Shown here piece by piece: positions 37,306 to 49,885 of a DNA stretch of 64,000 nucleotides. The stretch is from Lytechinus pictus. Its lineage: Eukaryota. The first letter of the stretch is position 1; every line of letters starts with the position of its first letter. The notes below the pieces were generated by a model. The model was not told the DNA's origin and did no database searches. It saw only the letters and a program-made list of their open reading frames with translations. The translations under genes were made by a program, and so were the position numbers. Where the stretch lies: contig NC_087252.1 in NCBI RefSeq assembly GCF_037042905.1, positions 558,001 to 622,000 on the forward strand, read 5' to 3'.

Positions 37306-40300
37306 CTTCTCTTGGTGTGTCGTCCATGGAAGATGACCTACCGGATAAAGAAGAAGTTGATGATAAATGATAGGAATCTGCGACTCATAAGACCGGGGAT
37401 ATTTTGTTCTTTCGTACGAAATAAAAAGTAAATCACCTAAAATTTCCTCTAAATGAAAGTAAGAACTAAAGTTAAAATATTGAAAATAAACCATGCCTAA
37501 AACGATAGAAATGAGATGATTTTGTTTTGTAGTAGGGCTAGATACACAGTTAATGCTCCAAAAGAGACATAATAAAAACCTTAACTTCACTTTGTATTGA
37601 TTTCAAAGTTTTATAATATTCAATTCAGAAATTCAGTATATTCCAACCTTTTGTTTGATTCGATTCCTTCATATAGTACATGATATGCAAATTTGATTCA
37701 AGCACCATCCTCAAATTTAATGCTACATATTTTAACTTTAGGAACTACATGTAGTATATGTCTGGTTAAAAACGTGATAATGCTTTAACACACCTTTTAC
37801 ACGTAAGAATCACATGCATGTCATGTAACTATAATAAAATAATGATGAAGAACAGTCCGTATTAATCGTATATTTTCTAGTGACAAATATGTTTTCTACG
37901 CCTTTCCTGATAAAAAGGACATAAAGATTATGGCATTGCTGTCATTTATTTAACACATGCTTTCTGTACGTAAACCCATCGATTGAATGTCTTCAATTAA
38001 GCGTAACGTGAATCATGCAGAGTACAAATATGAGTTGTGTTGTTGCACATATTTAAACATGTACATAATAAAGCACAAACAATATATTGTCTAATTAACT
38101 GACGAATTTCAAACTTGTTCCTACTCTGCTACTGAATTTTTCGGATATATCATCGATGTTTTTATTTGAATCAATTTGATATCAAATTTTGAATCAAAAC
38201 ATAATATGCAATGTAAATTAGTTACGGATTATATTACCCTTACTACGGCGTTTCTAAATTAAAACTTATAGTGATGTTGCATGATGACTTTGGTGTTTCT
38301 TCTACCAAAACACAAACAATTTTTTTACCATATGTGTCTTAATGAAAAAAAAAACATTTCAACACGAAATCAAGTTGTAAAATATCATATTGATATAATC
38401 ATAGCTAATACGTTTATTAGTGTAAGTGTTGCTATCATATGGAACTGATATTAATCTAGAAGAGATACCGTTGAGAACTGCATCGATGAAATAATGATAT
38501 TAAGGTGATTTTTTAATATATCAACCCAATTACAAATACCATTAATGCTGCATTTCTATAATACTGCACGGAGGAGCATTACTTGTCATTTATTTTTATT
38601 GCAATTTAGAAATAAGTAATCTATGATGAATTGTATTAGTTCAATACTGTACTAACTTGTTAGGTATATATTCTACAAACAAGTGAAATAATAATATTTT
38701 ATATTAAACTTCACAATATCCAATTGTTGAAATTAATTATGAATATGATATCGTAGTATAGTACCAGATATTTTATCATTTCACATGAAACCCTTGTAGA
38801 TAAATTTCTGTTTCAGAAAAAAAAATTATTTTAATTAACGTAGTCATTATTCATTCACTGTATTATACTAATCAATGTAGGCTTACTAATATACGGGATA
38901 AGTATACTTTTAAATGAATATAATCAAATCTTAATAAACAAGTTGGATTATTAAAACATCATCATTCAAATATACTCTACTTTTGTGTAGACATGATAGA
39001 AGCTTAATAACGCACTGTAGATTTAACATTTATATCATTCATTACTATTCTATATTACGTGCGACATTCCAATGGTAGACAAAGATGTATCTGATGAAAA
39101 AGTTGGATTATAGATAAACTCCATCATGAAAAAAAAAATTATACTCTATAATGCGTACACATGATGTAAGCTAAAAAAACGCACTGTAGTTTTAACATTT
39201 ATATTCTTTATATTTATTTATTGTTCATGCGACTTTCCATTGGTAGACAAAGATGTCTCTAGAACACTAGAGTTGTTCAATTTTGATAATTAATTCATAT
39301 AATGAAAATGGTATGTGGTAGATATCGTGGTTTTGTCCAAGCATGCCCAGTGCTTGATCCATTCTTTCCTTTCCATAGGATGCAAAACACATGACTCTTT
39401 TATTATTATTCTGTCATGTCTATAAAGATGTGATTATTTTCCTTTGCATCAACTTTTTTGTTTTAAACCGGTAATAATTCTGAACATCGTGACGCAAATC
39501 AAATTGCAAAAAACAAGGAAGAAAAAATAGAAATCTTGATTAACCATTGTCAGTATTGGGGTTCACAGCTGCCTGCGTGATACTCTGCCCTGTGCAGCAT
39601 TTCATAAAACAAAAACAAAAATGATATGAGCCAATTAGTTGAAAAGATTTCAGTGGCTAAAATCAATGGATACGTGTAGCAGTTTTCATGAAATGTTTCC
39701 CTTTCCACATCAGGCGTGTCTGAGATACACGTGTTCTACCAGTTACATGCATTTTGAATATGGGTAATGCCAAGGAGGTATCGATATAGTGATTCCTCCT
39801 TGGTAAAATCAATTGTTTTTTAAAGTATCGCCTGTACGATAGCATTACCATGCGTCAACATGTAAAATCTTTGAAATGCACTAATAACATTTTCTGTTTC
39901 ATTATAAGACTGTGTAAAGAATATTTATTTGTGTGGAATCATTAAGTTGATCAGTTTCCTTTGTACCCATGTAAAGAAAACTTGTTTAATAATGATAAAC
40001 ATACTTTCTTTACTTGTGAAGAGATTCTTAATTTGGATGGAGACAGAAATAAAGAAGGTGGGTGGAAATTTGAATATTAAAATACATAATACCCCTAATC
40101 AAAAAGTTAGGGATGAGCGATCACTGGGAAATCAAAGTAAATAAGGAAAATACTCGGGAAATGAATAAAAGAGCAGGGTGGATGAGCAAGTTGGTGAGTC
40201 ACTAAAAGAGAGGGGAACATGTAGACCAAGAGAGGGGGGGGGGGGGGGAGGGATGCCGTAATGCAAGCTATTAAATCAGGACATGAGATTTAATTATTAA

Positions 40301-40539
40301 AGATGAGGAATTCTTGATCAATTAAACCAAGATAGATCTGTTCAGGCAAGCGATTTCGAAAGGTGATAATCCTTTCTAGGTGTGGTCTTTATAATTATTT
40401 ATTGTATTTGTTTTGCTTTGCTCCTGTTTTGGGGGTTTGTTTGTTTGTTTTATGTGTATGTTTGTGTTTTATAATTATATATATATATATATAAGGAATA
40501 TGTAGAAGATTTTATTCTGTATTACTATTCCCTTTGGTA

Positions 40540-40790
40540 TTATAAATTGTTAAAGAAATATTTTTTACGGAAGAGATGTGCCTTAAGTGTTAGTTTAAAG
40601 TAACTGAGACAAGAATGAGATCTTAAATTAAGAGGAAGTGAGTTCCAGAGTGTGGGAGCCACAAGCGAAAGGGCCTTGTCGCCATGGGTATAGGAGGAGG
40701 TTGCCTTGGGAACAACCGAAAGGTTCTTGTCGGATGACCGAAGTGAACGGGAGGGTTGGTAGGTGTTGATCATGCGATGTATGAGAGGGA
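40540..40790 (-). mobile_element. L2-like LINE 3' fragment
   Basis: YQPSRSLRSSDKNL...GDKALSLVAPTLWNSLPLNLR...FKLTLKAHLF: typical L2 ORF2 C-terminus. Confidence 0.75.
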
Positions 40791-41019
40791 CCATTAAATT
40801 AGGCAATGGTACATAAGGTGTGCCCCCCTTAAAATGCAGAGAACGTATCACTAAGGGCCAAACCATGAAATAAAGATGTATTTACATTAAAACACACAGC
40901 ATAGAATGAAAAATACTAACATTGGACCACGTCCCTGATTGGACAGAAAAGCAATCAATGGTTTGTAAAACTCAAACAGTATGTTTTACATTATAAGAGA
41001 TTAAAGTAATTAAACATAA

Positions 41020-42191
41020 TAATAAAATGATAATAATTGGATTTATATAGCGCTTTTTCCAGAGGATACAAAGCGCTGTTGATTGCATAAGACAAGTTAA
41101 GGTTTATGGTTATATAAGTGTGTTTTGAGATGTTTTTTGAAGAGGTCAAGAGAAGAGAGGTTTCGAAGAGATGGAGGGAGTTTGTTCCAAATACGGGGGG
41201 CAAGAGATTGGAAGGAGTTGAAACTGGCCTGTTTTCTAGATTTTGGAATGACATAGGAAGGAGCAGCTACAGAACGAAGATAGTATGTAGATCTTTGTTG
41301 CTGAAATAATGAAGAAATGTAAGAAGGTAGTGTGGTTGACAGAGATTTATAGGTTTGAACAAGTATTCGATAATTTATTCTATCAGAAACAGGTAGCCAA
41401 TGTAGTTCATTTAGAAGAGGGGTAGCATGACACCATTTTGGCTTTTGACAGATTAATCGTGCACATTTGTTCTGAAGGCGTTGAAGTCTTCCAAGATCCT
41501 GTTAACTAATGCCCCCAAGCAAGCAATCACCATAGTCAAGCCTGGAGAGCACAAGAGCCCTAACAACATTATGACACGTGTCCTTATCCAGGAAACTTCT
41601 AATGCGATTGAGATTATATATTTGCCAGTTGAGAGTGCGACACAAGTATGTTACATGTTCGGTCATTTTCATTTCACTATCAAATACAACTCCTAAATCC
41701 TTAATGGTTGAAGTTAATGGAATATCTATGTCATTAAAAGAAAACGAAAGGTCAAGGAACCGATGAAGATGTGCAGGAGATGCAGCAACAAAGAACTCTG
41801 TTTTACAAGAATTTAATTTCAATTTATTATCAAGCCACGATTGAATGTCAGACAAACATTTTGAAATCCGAAAATACGCGCAGGCTGCATCTCCAGGCTT
41901 GGTAGGATCAAAAGTAGTGAACATCTGAATGTCATCGGCATAAACATGATACTGAATTGAGTGCCGACTGATGATGTTCCCAATATTACCGATGTAGTAT
42001 GTAAACAACTGAGGCCCGATAATTGACCGTTGCGGTAACCCATATTCCAATGGTTTCTCACTTGAAAGTGACCCTTCTATATGTACTCGACTAGACCTGT
42101 TACTAAGATACGATTTGAACCAGGAAAGAGCATCATTACCTAGGCCAAAGTCATCAGCCAACCTTTGCAAAAGGATTTTGTGATCTACCGT
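41020..42191 (-). mobile_element. L2-like LINE, RT C-terminal part and 3' tail (decayed)
   Basis: TVDHKILLQRL...GLPQRSIIGPQLF...YADDIQ...KLNSCKTE...LSRLDY...LHWLPV; 3' stem-loop AGCGCTTT...AAAGCGCT then TATATAAATCCAATTATTAT. Confidence 0.9.
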
Positions 42192-43012
42192 ATTCTACAT
42201 TATGCATGCCTGCTCAGTTAATGATCTCACTACTGATTAATCCCAATTTTCACTATTAATCCCACTGGATTTCTTTTAATGCTTGATCTGTTACAATAAT
42301 TTGCTTGTTTTTCCCCAACCTAAGTTCCTTACTTTTATTTTATCCTTTTATTTTTATTCTATTTTTTGCTTATTTATTTTTATATTTTTTGCTCGTTTCA
42401 TTCGGTATACGCTTTAATATTCGCTTGCTATTTTGTCTGATATTTTACCCCTATTCATGTACTGCATATGCTTATATTTCCTTGCATACCTTCCCCATTG
42501 CATGCTTATTTCATAATTAATATTCTATCGCATATCTTTATATATATAGTAGATATTCGCTTCTGTTCTGTATTCGCTTGTATTATTCGTAATTATATAT
42601 ACATGCTTGCTTTTCCATTTTGTCGTTTACATTTTCATCTTTTCTCCTTTTTCTTTTTGAAAAATGCAGATCCCTTTTTACTTTCTACTTTTTAGTAGAT
42701 GCTAATTGCTTATTATTTTATTTTATTACCATATAAGAGTAATTCAATTCATTTATTTTTAAGCTGGAGCTCCGCATGATACACCTCCTAAGATGAGAGA
42801 TATTATTTCTGTTTTCGTTTGTTACTTTTTTCCAAATGAGAGTATTTCATGTTTGTTCTGTGTTGTGTTTGTATCTGTGTTCTTGCCTGACTATCTTCAT
42901 TCTTCCTTTCTTCAGATGCTTGCTGAGATGCTGCTTAAGAAGTGCTGGATTATTCCATCTTCCTCACAAATTGTTCATGTTTTATGCTTCTCCTGTTCTG
43001 ATAAATTTTTAA

Positions 43013-46000
43013 ATGACTGATACAAATAACTTATCTTTCAATTTTTATGATGATTCTTCTGATAGAGAATCCAGTGACCTTGATACCTCTTCTGCCTCAT
43101 ATGATAATAATTTTGCAGATAACTTTAATCTATCATCTGAGGAGTTAAATTATGCTAATGATTCTAATCAATGTTCCCTTCCAATTCCCTCCTCGAAATA
43201 TATAACCCAATTACAATTAAAAGAAGTAACAAAAAAAAATTCTAAAAACTCATTTTCCTTACTCCATATGAATATCAGAAGCATAAGTAAACATTTTGAA
43301 GACCTTCAAATTCTTTTAGACAACCATAATAAACACTCTTTTTCAGTTATTGGCTTGACCGAAACTTGGCTTTCCACAGACACAAATTTACCTTATGCAT
43401 TAGATGGATATGATTTTATTGTTAATAACAGATCAGAAAAGTTGGGTGGGGGCGTAGCACTTTATCTTTCCAATAATTTTGAATTCACTGTCCTAAACGA
43501 ACTTAATTTTATGAATGAGTTTATTGAGTCATTATTTATTGAAATTTCTATTCCTCATAGCAAAAATATAATAGTTGGAATTATTTATAGACCCCCAAAC
43601 TCAAATAATAATGATTTCTTACAATTTATAACATCTATTCTGAGTAATGCTAATTTTGTTAAAGATGTATTTGTAATGGGCGATTTTAATATCGATCTAT
43701 TAAAACATGCTAGTAATAATTTCTCACATGAGTTTCTTGAAACACTTTACTCAGCCTCGTTCTTGCCATTAATTTCTAAACCTACACGTGTTAGTAATCA
43801 CTCAGCCACTCTCCTTGACAATATTCTGTGTAACTCATTACCACCCCCAGAATCCTTAATAGTCCTTTCTGATATTACTGATCATTATCCAATTATGTCA
43901 TTTTTTAATCTTAAATGTTCCTTTAAAAAAGTATATCCCCTACCAGCTAGACGTAGGGCCACCCCAGAAAAATTAGCTAGTCTTGGTGTCAGTTTAGATA
44001 GAGTTGATTGGTCTAGTGTTTACAACACTGATGATGTCGATCTATCCTTAAGTAATTTTTTAAGAATATTTAAAAAACATCTAGATGATCATATTCCAAA
44101 AAAGAATGATAATCGAGTTAATTATAAAACATCACCCAGACTTCCATGGATTTCTAACTCCCTCTTGCGCTCAATTAATAAAAAAAATCAACTGTACTAT
44201 AAATTCAAAATAAAAAAGAATGAGCATTCAAAAATGAAGTATACTTCTTATAAAAATACATTAATAAAAATCTTGCGTGCAGAAAAAAAGAAATATTACT
44301 CGATTCAATTAGAACAATATAAACATGATATGAAAAACACATGGAAAGTTATTAAGCAAGCCTTGAATATTTCAAAAAAGAAATCAAATATTACTAAAAT
44401 AAGATTTAATAATCGGAATATTGAAGATCCCATAGAAATCGCCAATGTTTTAAATTCATACTTTTCTACCATAGGGGAAAATTTGGCACAAAAAATTCCA
44501 CAATCTAATAAGCATTTTTCTAAATTCTTGGGACAACCTAATGCCAATTCCATTTTCTTCTATCCGACTACTATTTATGAAGTGACCGATATTGTTTCCT
44601 CCTTGAATAATAAACACAGTGCTGGTCATGATGACATAAGTAATTTTATATTAAAAGGTACCATATCGTCTATTGTTGAGCCCTTGACACATATATTAAA
44701 TAAATCTATTTTGAGTGGTATTTTTCCTAAATAAATGAAAATTGCGAAAGTTATTCCCTTATTTAAAAAGGGAGACGAGCTTGATGCTGGTAATTACCGT
44801 CCCATATCTTTACTCCCTTCTCTTTCTAAGATTTTAGAGAGATTAATTTTTGTTAGAACAACTAAATTTCTTAAAGTCAATGATATATTTACTAACTTTC
44901 AATTTGGTTTTAGACAAAAACATAGCACTATCCACGCTCTTTTAAATTTTGTGCATAAAGTGGCCCATTCTTTGGATGATCATTCGCATCTAATTGGTAT
45001 ATTCCTGGACTTCTCCAAGGCATTTGACACTATTAACCACGACATTTTACTTTACAAGCTTTCTCATTATGGAATACGTGGAATTGCCTTGGAGTGGTTC
45101 AGGAATTACCTTAAAAAAAGAAAACAATATGTTTATTTAAATAATCACATCTCTGATCAACATGAAATTAATTGTGGTGTCCCACAAGGTAGTATATTAG
45201 GGCCTCTTTTATTCATTATTTACATTAACGATTTTCACAGATCATCTGACATTCTTTCGTTTATTCTTTTTGCAGATGATTCCAATGTATTTTTTGCTCA
45301 CAAGAACCCTCACATCTTAGTTCAGATTATGAATTTGGAATTGCTAAATCTGACTCAATGGATACGAGCCAATAAACTATCTCTCAATTTAAATAAAACC
45401 AAATATATGTTATTTAGTCATTCTATTGATTCTTTACCTTCTGACATTATATTTGATGATACACCTTTACAATGTGTTTCCCAAATTAAATTTTTAGGAA
45501 TTATAGTTGATAATAAACTTTCTTGGAAACCCCACGTTCTTAATGCGAGCAAAACATTATCTCGTAATATTGGTGTAATTAATAAGTTAAAACACTATTT
45601 TCCTTCCGTCACATTACTCATGTTATACTCCTCTTTGATTTTACCTTACCTTAATTATGGAATATTAGCATGGGGTAATACCCATAATTCTTTATTAGAG
45701 GAAATATTAATTTTACAAAAGAAAACACTCCGAATTATATGTAATGCACCAGTTCGTTCTCATACAGATCAACTGTTTCTGGAACATAAAATCATGAAAA
45801 TAAAAAAATTATATTAATTTCAATTAGGTCAATTCATGTATAAATATAAAAATAATTTGTTGCCACGCATATTTGATTGTATGTTTCCCCAAAACCAATC
45901 CCTCCATAACTATCCCACTAGGCAGTCAAATGAATTTCACTTGCCCCTCCTTAGAACGCATCTCGCACAAAATACTTACTTATATACAGGTCCAAGTTTT

Positions 46001-46087
46001 TGGAATTCCCTTAACGATGAGATTAAAGATGCTCGTTCTTTACTGTCCTTTAAAAACAAACTAAAATTTATGCTCTTAAAATCTTAA
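43013..46087 (+). pseudogene. LINE ORF2 (APE endonuclease + reverse transcriptase), one frame with two nonsense codons
   Basis: EN motifs MNIRS, LTETWL, GGGVA, IYRPP, GDFN, TDHYPI; RT motifs YRPISLL, QFGFR, LDFSKAFDT, GVPQGSILGP, FADD; TAA at 44732-44734 and 45815-45817; the three track ORFs share one frame. Confidence 0.92.
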
Positions 46088-46249
46088 TTATATTCACTAT
46101 TCTAAACTAAAATTTTGTATCCTTTTTTTTTTTTTTCTAATCTATTATCAATGTTTGTATTGAACCCATAATGCCTTATTTTTTCCAGTTAGACATAAGA
46201 TTTAAAATTAGTTATAGCTTGTCTATACATTATATTGTACCTTTTATAT

Positions 46250-46420
46250 TGTATATGTGTATGCGTGTATGTGTGTATGTATGTGTGTGTAAGGGGGCGT
46301 GTGTACGTGTGTATTTGCATGTGTATATATGTATGTATGCGTGTGTGTATGTGTATGTATATATGTTTATGCATATACATGTATAAATATATGTGTATGT
46401 ATGTGTAGACATATATATGC
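46250..46420. repeat. (GT/AT)n compound microsatellite in the LINE 3' UTR
   Basis: gtgtatgtgtgtatgtat tract. Confidence 0.85.
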
Positions 46421-46943
46421 AGCAGATTAGCTTTGCATCCCTCTCCCTATCTCTATCTTTCTTTCTATATTCTAGGCAGTTGTCATCGTATTGTCCACCT
46501 CATGTACTTGTGTTGTGTTGTGTCGTGTTATTGTCCTTGTCTCTGAATTTCAAAATTCTGTACATAAGATTTTTGTTTTTGTTTTTTCCCCCCCTTTTCG
46601 TTACTTATTTTCATGTACTCCTTTACGTATATTTCAATATTCCTTGTATCTAAGTTTTTGAGGGGTCCACATTCTACAAGCTTTGCTTTTTAGTGGACCC
46701 CTCCATTCTTCTCATTGATATATACTTATATTGATTTTAATTATATTTAATTATATTGATTATGTTGATTTAAAATTGATATACACGTTAATCTATATTT
46801 GAATTACTTATTGAATGTTGAATCTTGTTCATGCTTTTGTTTAAATTGAATCAATTATCTTGTACATATTTATATTATGTTGAAGAATGAAAAATAAATT
46901 TGAATTGAATTGAATTGAATTGAATTGAATTGAATTGAATTGA

Positions 46944-47870
46944 ATCAAAGGCAGATGAGAGGTCAAGCATAAAAAAACCCAGCTTGTTTATTGTCAATTG
47001 CACAATTCATATCATTATTTTGACTAATCAATGCAGTTTCAGTGCTATGTGCCTCACGATATGCACACAGCATTGGATCCAGTAAATTATTCTGTGTAAC
47101 AAAAGTAGATACCTGTTTGGAAACAGCCTTTTCAATCACTTTGCCTACAAATTGCATGTTAGAAACAGGTCTATAACTACCTAAACTATCTTTGTCCAGA
47201 GTAGACTTCTTGAAAACCGGTGTTATAATGGACGATCTAAGACTCTCTGGGAAAACACCAGTAGACATTGACAGATTCAGGATACGTGTAAGTACTGGGA
47301 GTAAAACAGACAAATGCTTCTTAACCAGCCATGTAGGCATGGGATCCATAATGCAAGATTTTGAGGAACACTTAGAAATCATACGTTGTAAGACATTCTC
47401 ACTCACAGTATCAAATGTATCAAGAGTTCAGTCAAGTTTGCATGTATTTGAAGATACGTTAGATACACTACAATCAGTTGGAACAGTGCCCTCTACAGTA
47501 TATCATCCCTAATTTTAGAAACTTTACTGGCAAAATGATCTGAGAAACTTTCAGCAAGATCTGAAGAGCTGGAAGACACAGGAAGGACATTACTACTGGC
47601 ATTGAGCAATTCGTTGACAGTCTTATACATGTCCTTAGTATTACACGAAGAAAGTTTGTTACGATAATAGTCTTTCTTAGCGGAAACAACAACATCGACT
47701 ACATTCCTCTGGGCCTCAATATAAAGTTTGTAATTAGCATCTGACTTTGCTTTGCGCCAGCGTCTCTCAGCACGTCGTCTGGTACGTCGGGCTTCATTCA
47801 CTTCATCGGTGTACCAGCTATGCTTCACCCGAACAGACATTGACCTTGTTGATGCAGGGGCATGGGCGTC
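46944..47870 (-). mobile_element. L2-like LINE, middle part (RT N-terminal)
   Basis: WYTDEVNEARRTRRRAERRWRK...KSCIMDPMPTWLVK...YRPVSNMQFVGKVIEK...HSTETAL...LDLSSAFD. Confidence 0.9.
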
Positions 47871-47873
47871 CTG

Positions 47874-48067
47874 GTGCCCATTTCATAAAGAGTTGCTATC
47901 ATAGCAAGTTGCTATGATAGCAACTCTGGTAGAATAGCAGCTTTTGCTTGCTATGCTAGCAACTTTGCATTTCATAAAAGCACATTCGCTGGAAAGTCAG
48001 CTTGACTTTCCAGCGAATTATTTGAATAGTCATGTACGAGGCTGATTAGGGGGAAATTCCCTTTTTT

Positions 48068-48098
<31 letters not shown>

Positions 48099-49701
48099 TT
48101 CACGAATATTTATACAGAGTGGCCTGATCAGCATTAAAAAACATACAATATACGAAAAACATAGTAACAGGTCATTATGAGATACAGAAAAAAGGAACAA
48201 ATACAAAGTAAAATACGAAAATATGTTACGAGTTACAGATGGCAAGACTATAAATACGCAAGATATTAACGTTAAAAGCTGGTCTACCTCAGGGCCCTGT
48301 GATTATATATATACATGTATATTAAAAAAAAAGAAAAAAAAAAAAAAAGATGAAAGATCGTTAAAACATAAGGCAATGTATCACACAGTACTAATAAATT
48401 TAATTTTGGAATAAAAAAAAACAAAACAAGCAGAAGACATATCGCATCATTGGAAATTTCATCACTAATATACATCTCTCCAGTTTATTGTTTTCAATTC
48501 AAGTCACAAGTTTAGATAGAAAGCACTGGCGGATCCGGGGAGGGGGGGGGGCACAGCCGGCCCGTGCCCCCCCCCCCCACCTTTGAGAAGCAAAATTAGA
48601 AGAAGAAAAAATTGAAAGAGAATATAATTTTCTTTTGCTTATTAATTTTTTTGGGAGCGAAATTATTATTTAGCAGCTGCAAACAGGGTCTGCAGCATAA
48701 GACTAGCCGTTGAAGCAGAGTGATGGCTCTATGCAATGGTGATTGCTTGCAATTTTAGAAGAGAGTAAGAAGAAAGTATCGATTTTTCACAAGATGGCAT
48801 AGCATTGTTTCTCCATTGTGGAAGTTTTCAGAGAATTTATGCAATTAAGCCCTATGCAAGGCAAAGAATTATTAAAAAAAAAAGTGAAAATTACTGCCGG
48901 TCGAAATTTCACCTTCAACAAAGTTTCTACTGTACAATTTTCATCTTAGTCCCACACTTGACTATTTGTGTCGGTAATGCTAGGTTATCAACAACAAGGC
49001 AGGCGCAGGCCACTGCTAGTGCAGTGCTGTTAAAAATCACCCTGAAGCAAGTAAATTTGTAGGCTCTAATTATGCATGAAACATCGAAAATGACCTTAAA
49101 AGATTATTTTTGTTCATAATGGAAATATTTTTAAGTTATCGGTTTCAACGGCGAATAACCATTCAGTAAACTAAATAAATGGATTCAACAATGCAATTTT
49201 TTTTTTGAGAAAGTCAGAAACAGAAAGAAAATTATAATTTTTTTATGGCCTAGGACTTTTTTAATTCAGGCCTTAAATTAAACACTTCCTTGGCCTGCCC
49301 TGGGATAAACTGAAAAATTCGCTGTTTCGGAGGAATTTTTAAACATTTTTTTGGTAGGGCAAAAAAAAAGAAACTGCATTTCTACTAGAAAGCATTACCT
49401 TAATATATTCTTTATTAGCATTATTATCACAGAAATTGCTCTTAATATCCGTTCTCTCGTAAGAGCCCTTTGGCCTTGGGCATGCCTGAGCTCAAAGTAT
49501 GCCATTCTTAACAATGAAAAACCCTTTCAGTGTTAACTTGACGCTCCCCTATGACCAGCGTCAAATATTTAACCCTATTTGACGCTCCAGCAACCATACT
49601 TGACGCTCCAGTATTTTATGAAATGCGCTGCAGCGTCAAATATTAAATTTGACGCTGTTTTGGGACTTGACGCTGACGCTGTACCTTTATGAAATGGGCC
49701 C
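47874..49701. mobile_element. Harbinger-like composite insertion interrupting the L2
   Basis: CTG|GTGCCCATTTCATAAAG ... CTTTATGAAATGGGCCC|CAG; removing it rejoins L2 frame ...ACREVL|DAHAP... Confidence 0.7.
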
Positions 49702-49704
49702 CAG

Positions 49705-49885
49705 GACTTCACGACAAGCTTTGTTGTATTGTAGCACAAGATCATCTATGTCACTACTATCACATTCTATGATTGAGTTCATCCTTTTAGAAAGATCCTT
49801 AGAGAACAGATCATGATCTATTGACTTGTTCTGAGAACACGAACGTCACTAGAAGTAACTGGCTTCTTTGGATCGAGATCTCTCT
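49705..49885 (-). mobile_element. L2-like LINE, 5'-most surviving part
   Basis: NKSIDHDLFSKDLSKRMNSIIECDSSDIDDLVLQYNKACREVL, continuous with DAHAPASTRSMSV at 47870. Confidence 0.75.

Larger units (their letters stand above)
42194..46943 (+). mobile_element. Young CR1-type LINE inserted into the L2 element
   Basis: T-rich 5' region, EN-RT ORF, 3' UTR with 11-bp hairpin (46660-46703), AATAAA ~46893 and (TTGAA)n tail 46900-46943; junctions restore L2 codons FD|TVDH. Confidence 0.9.
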
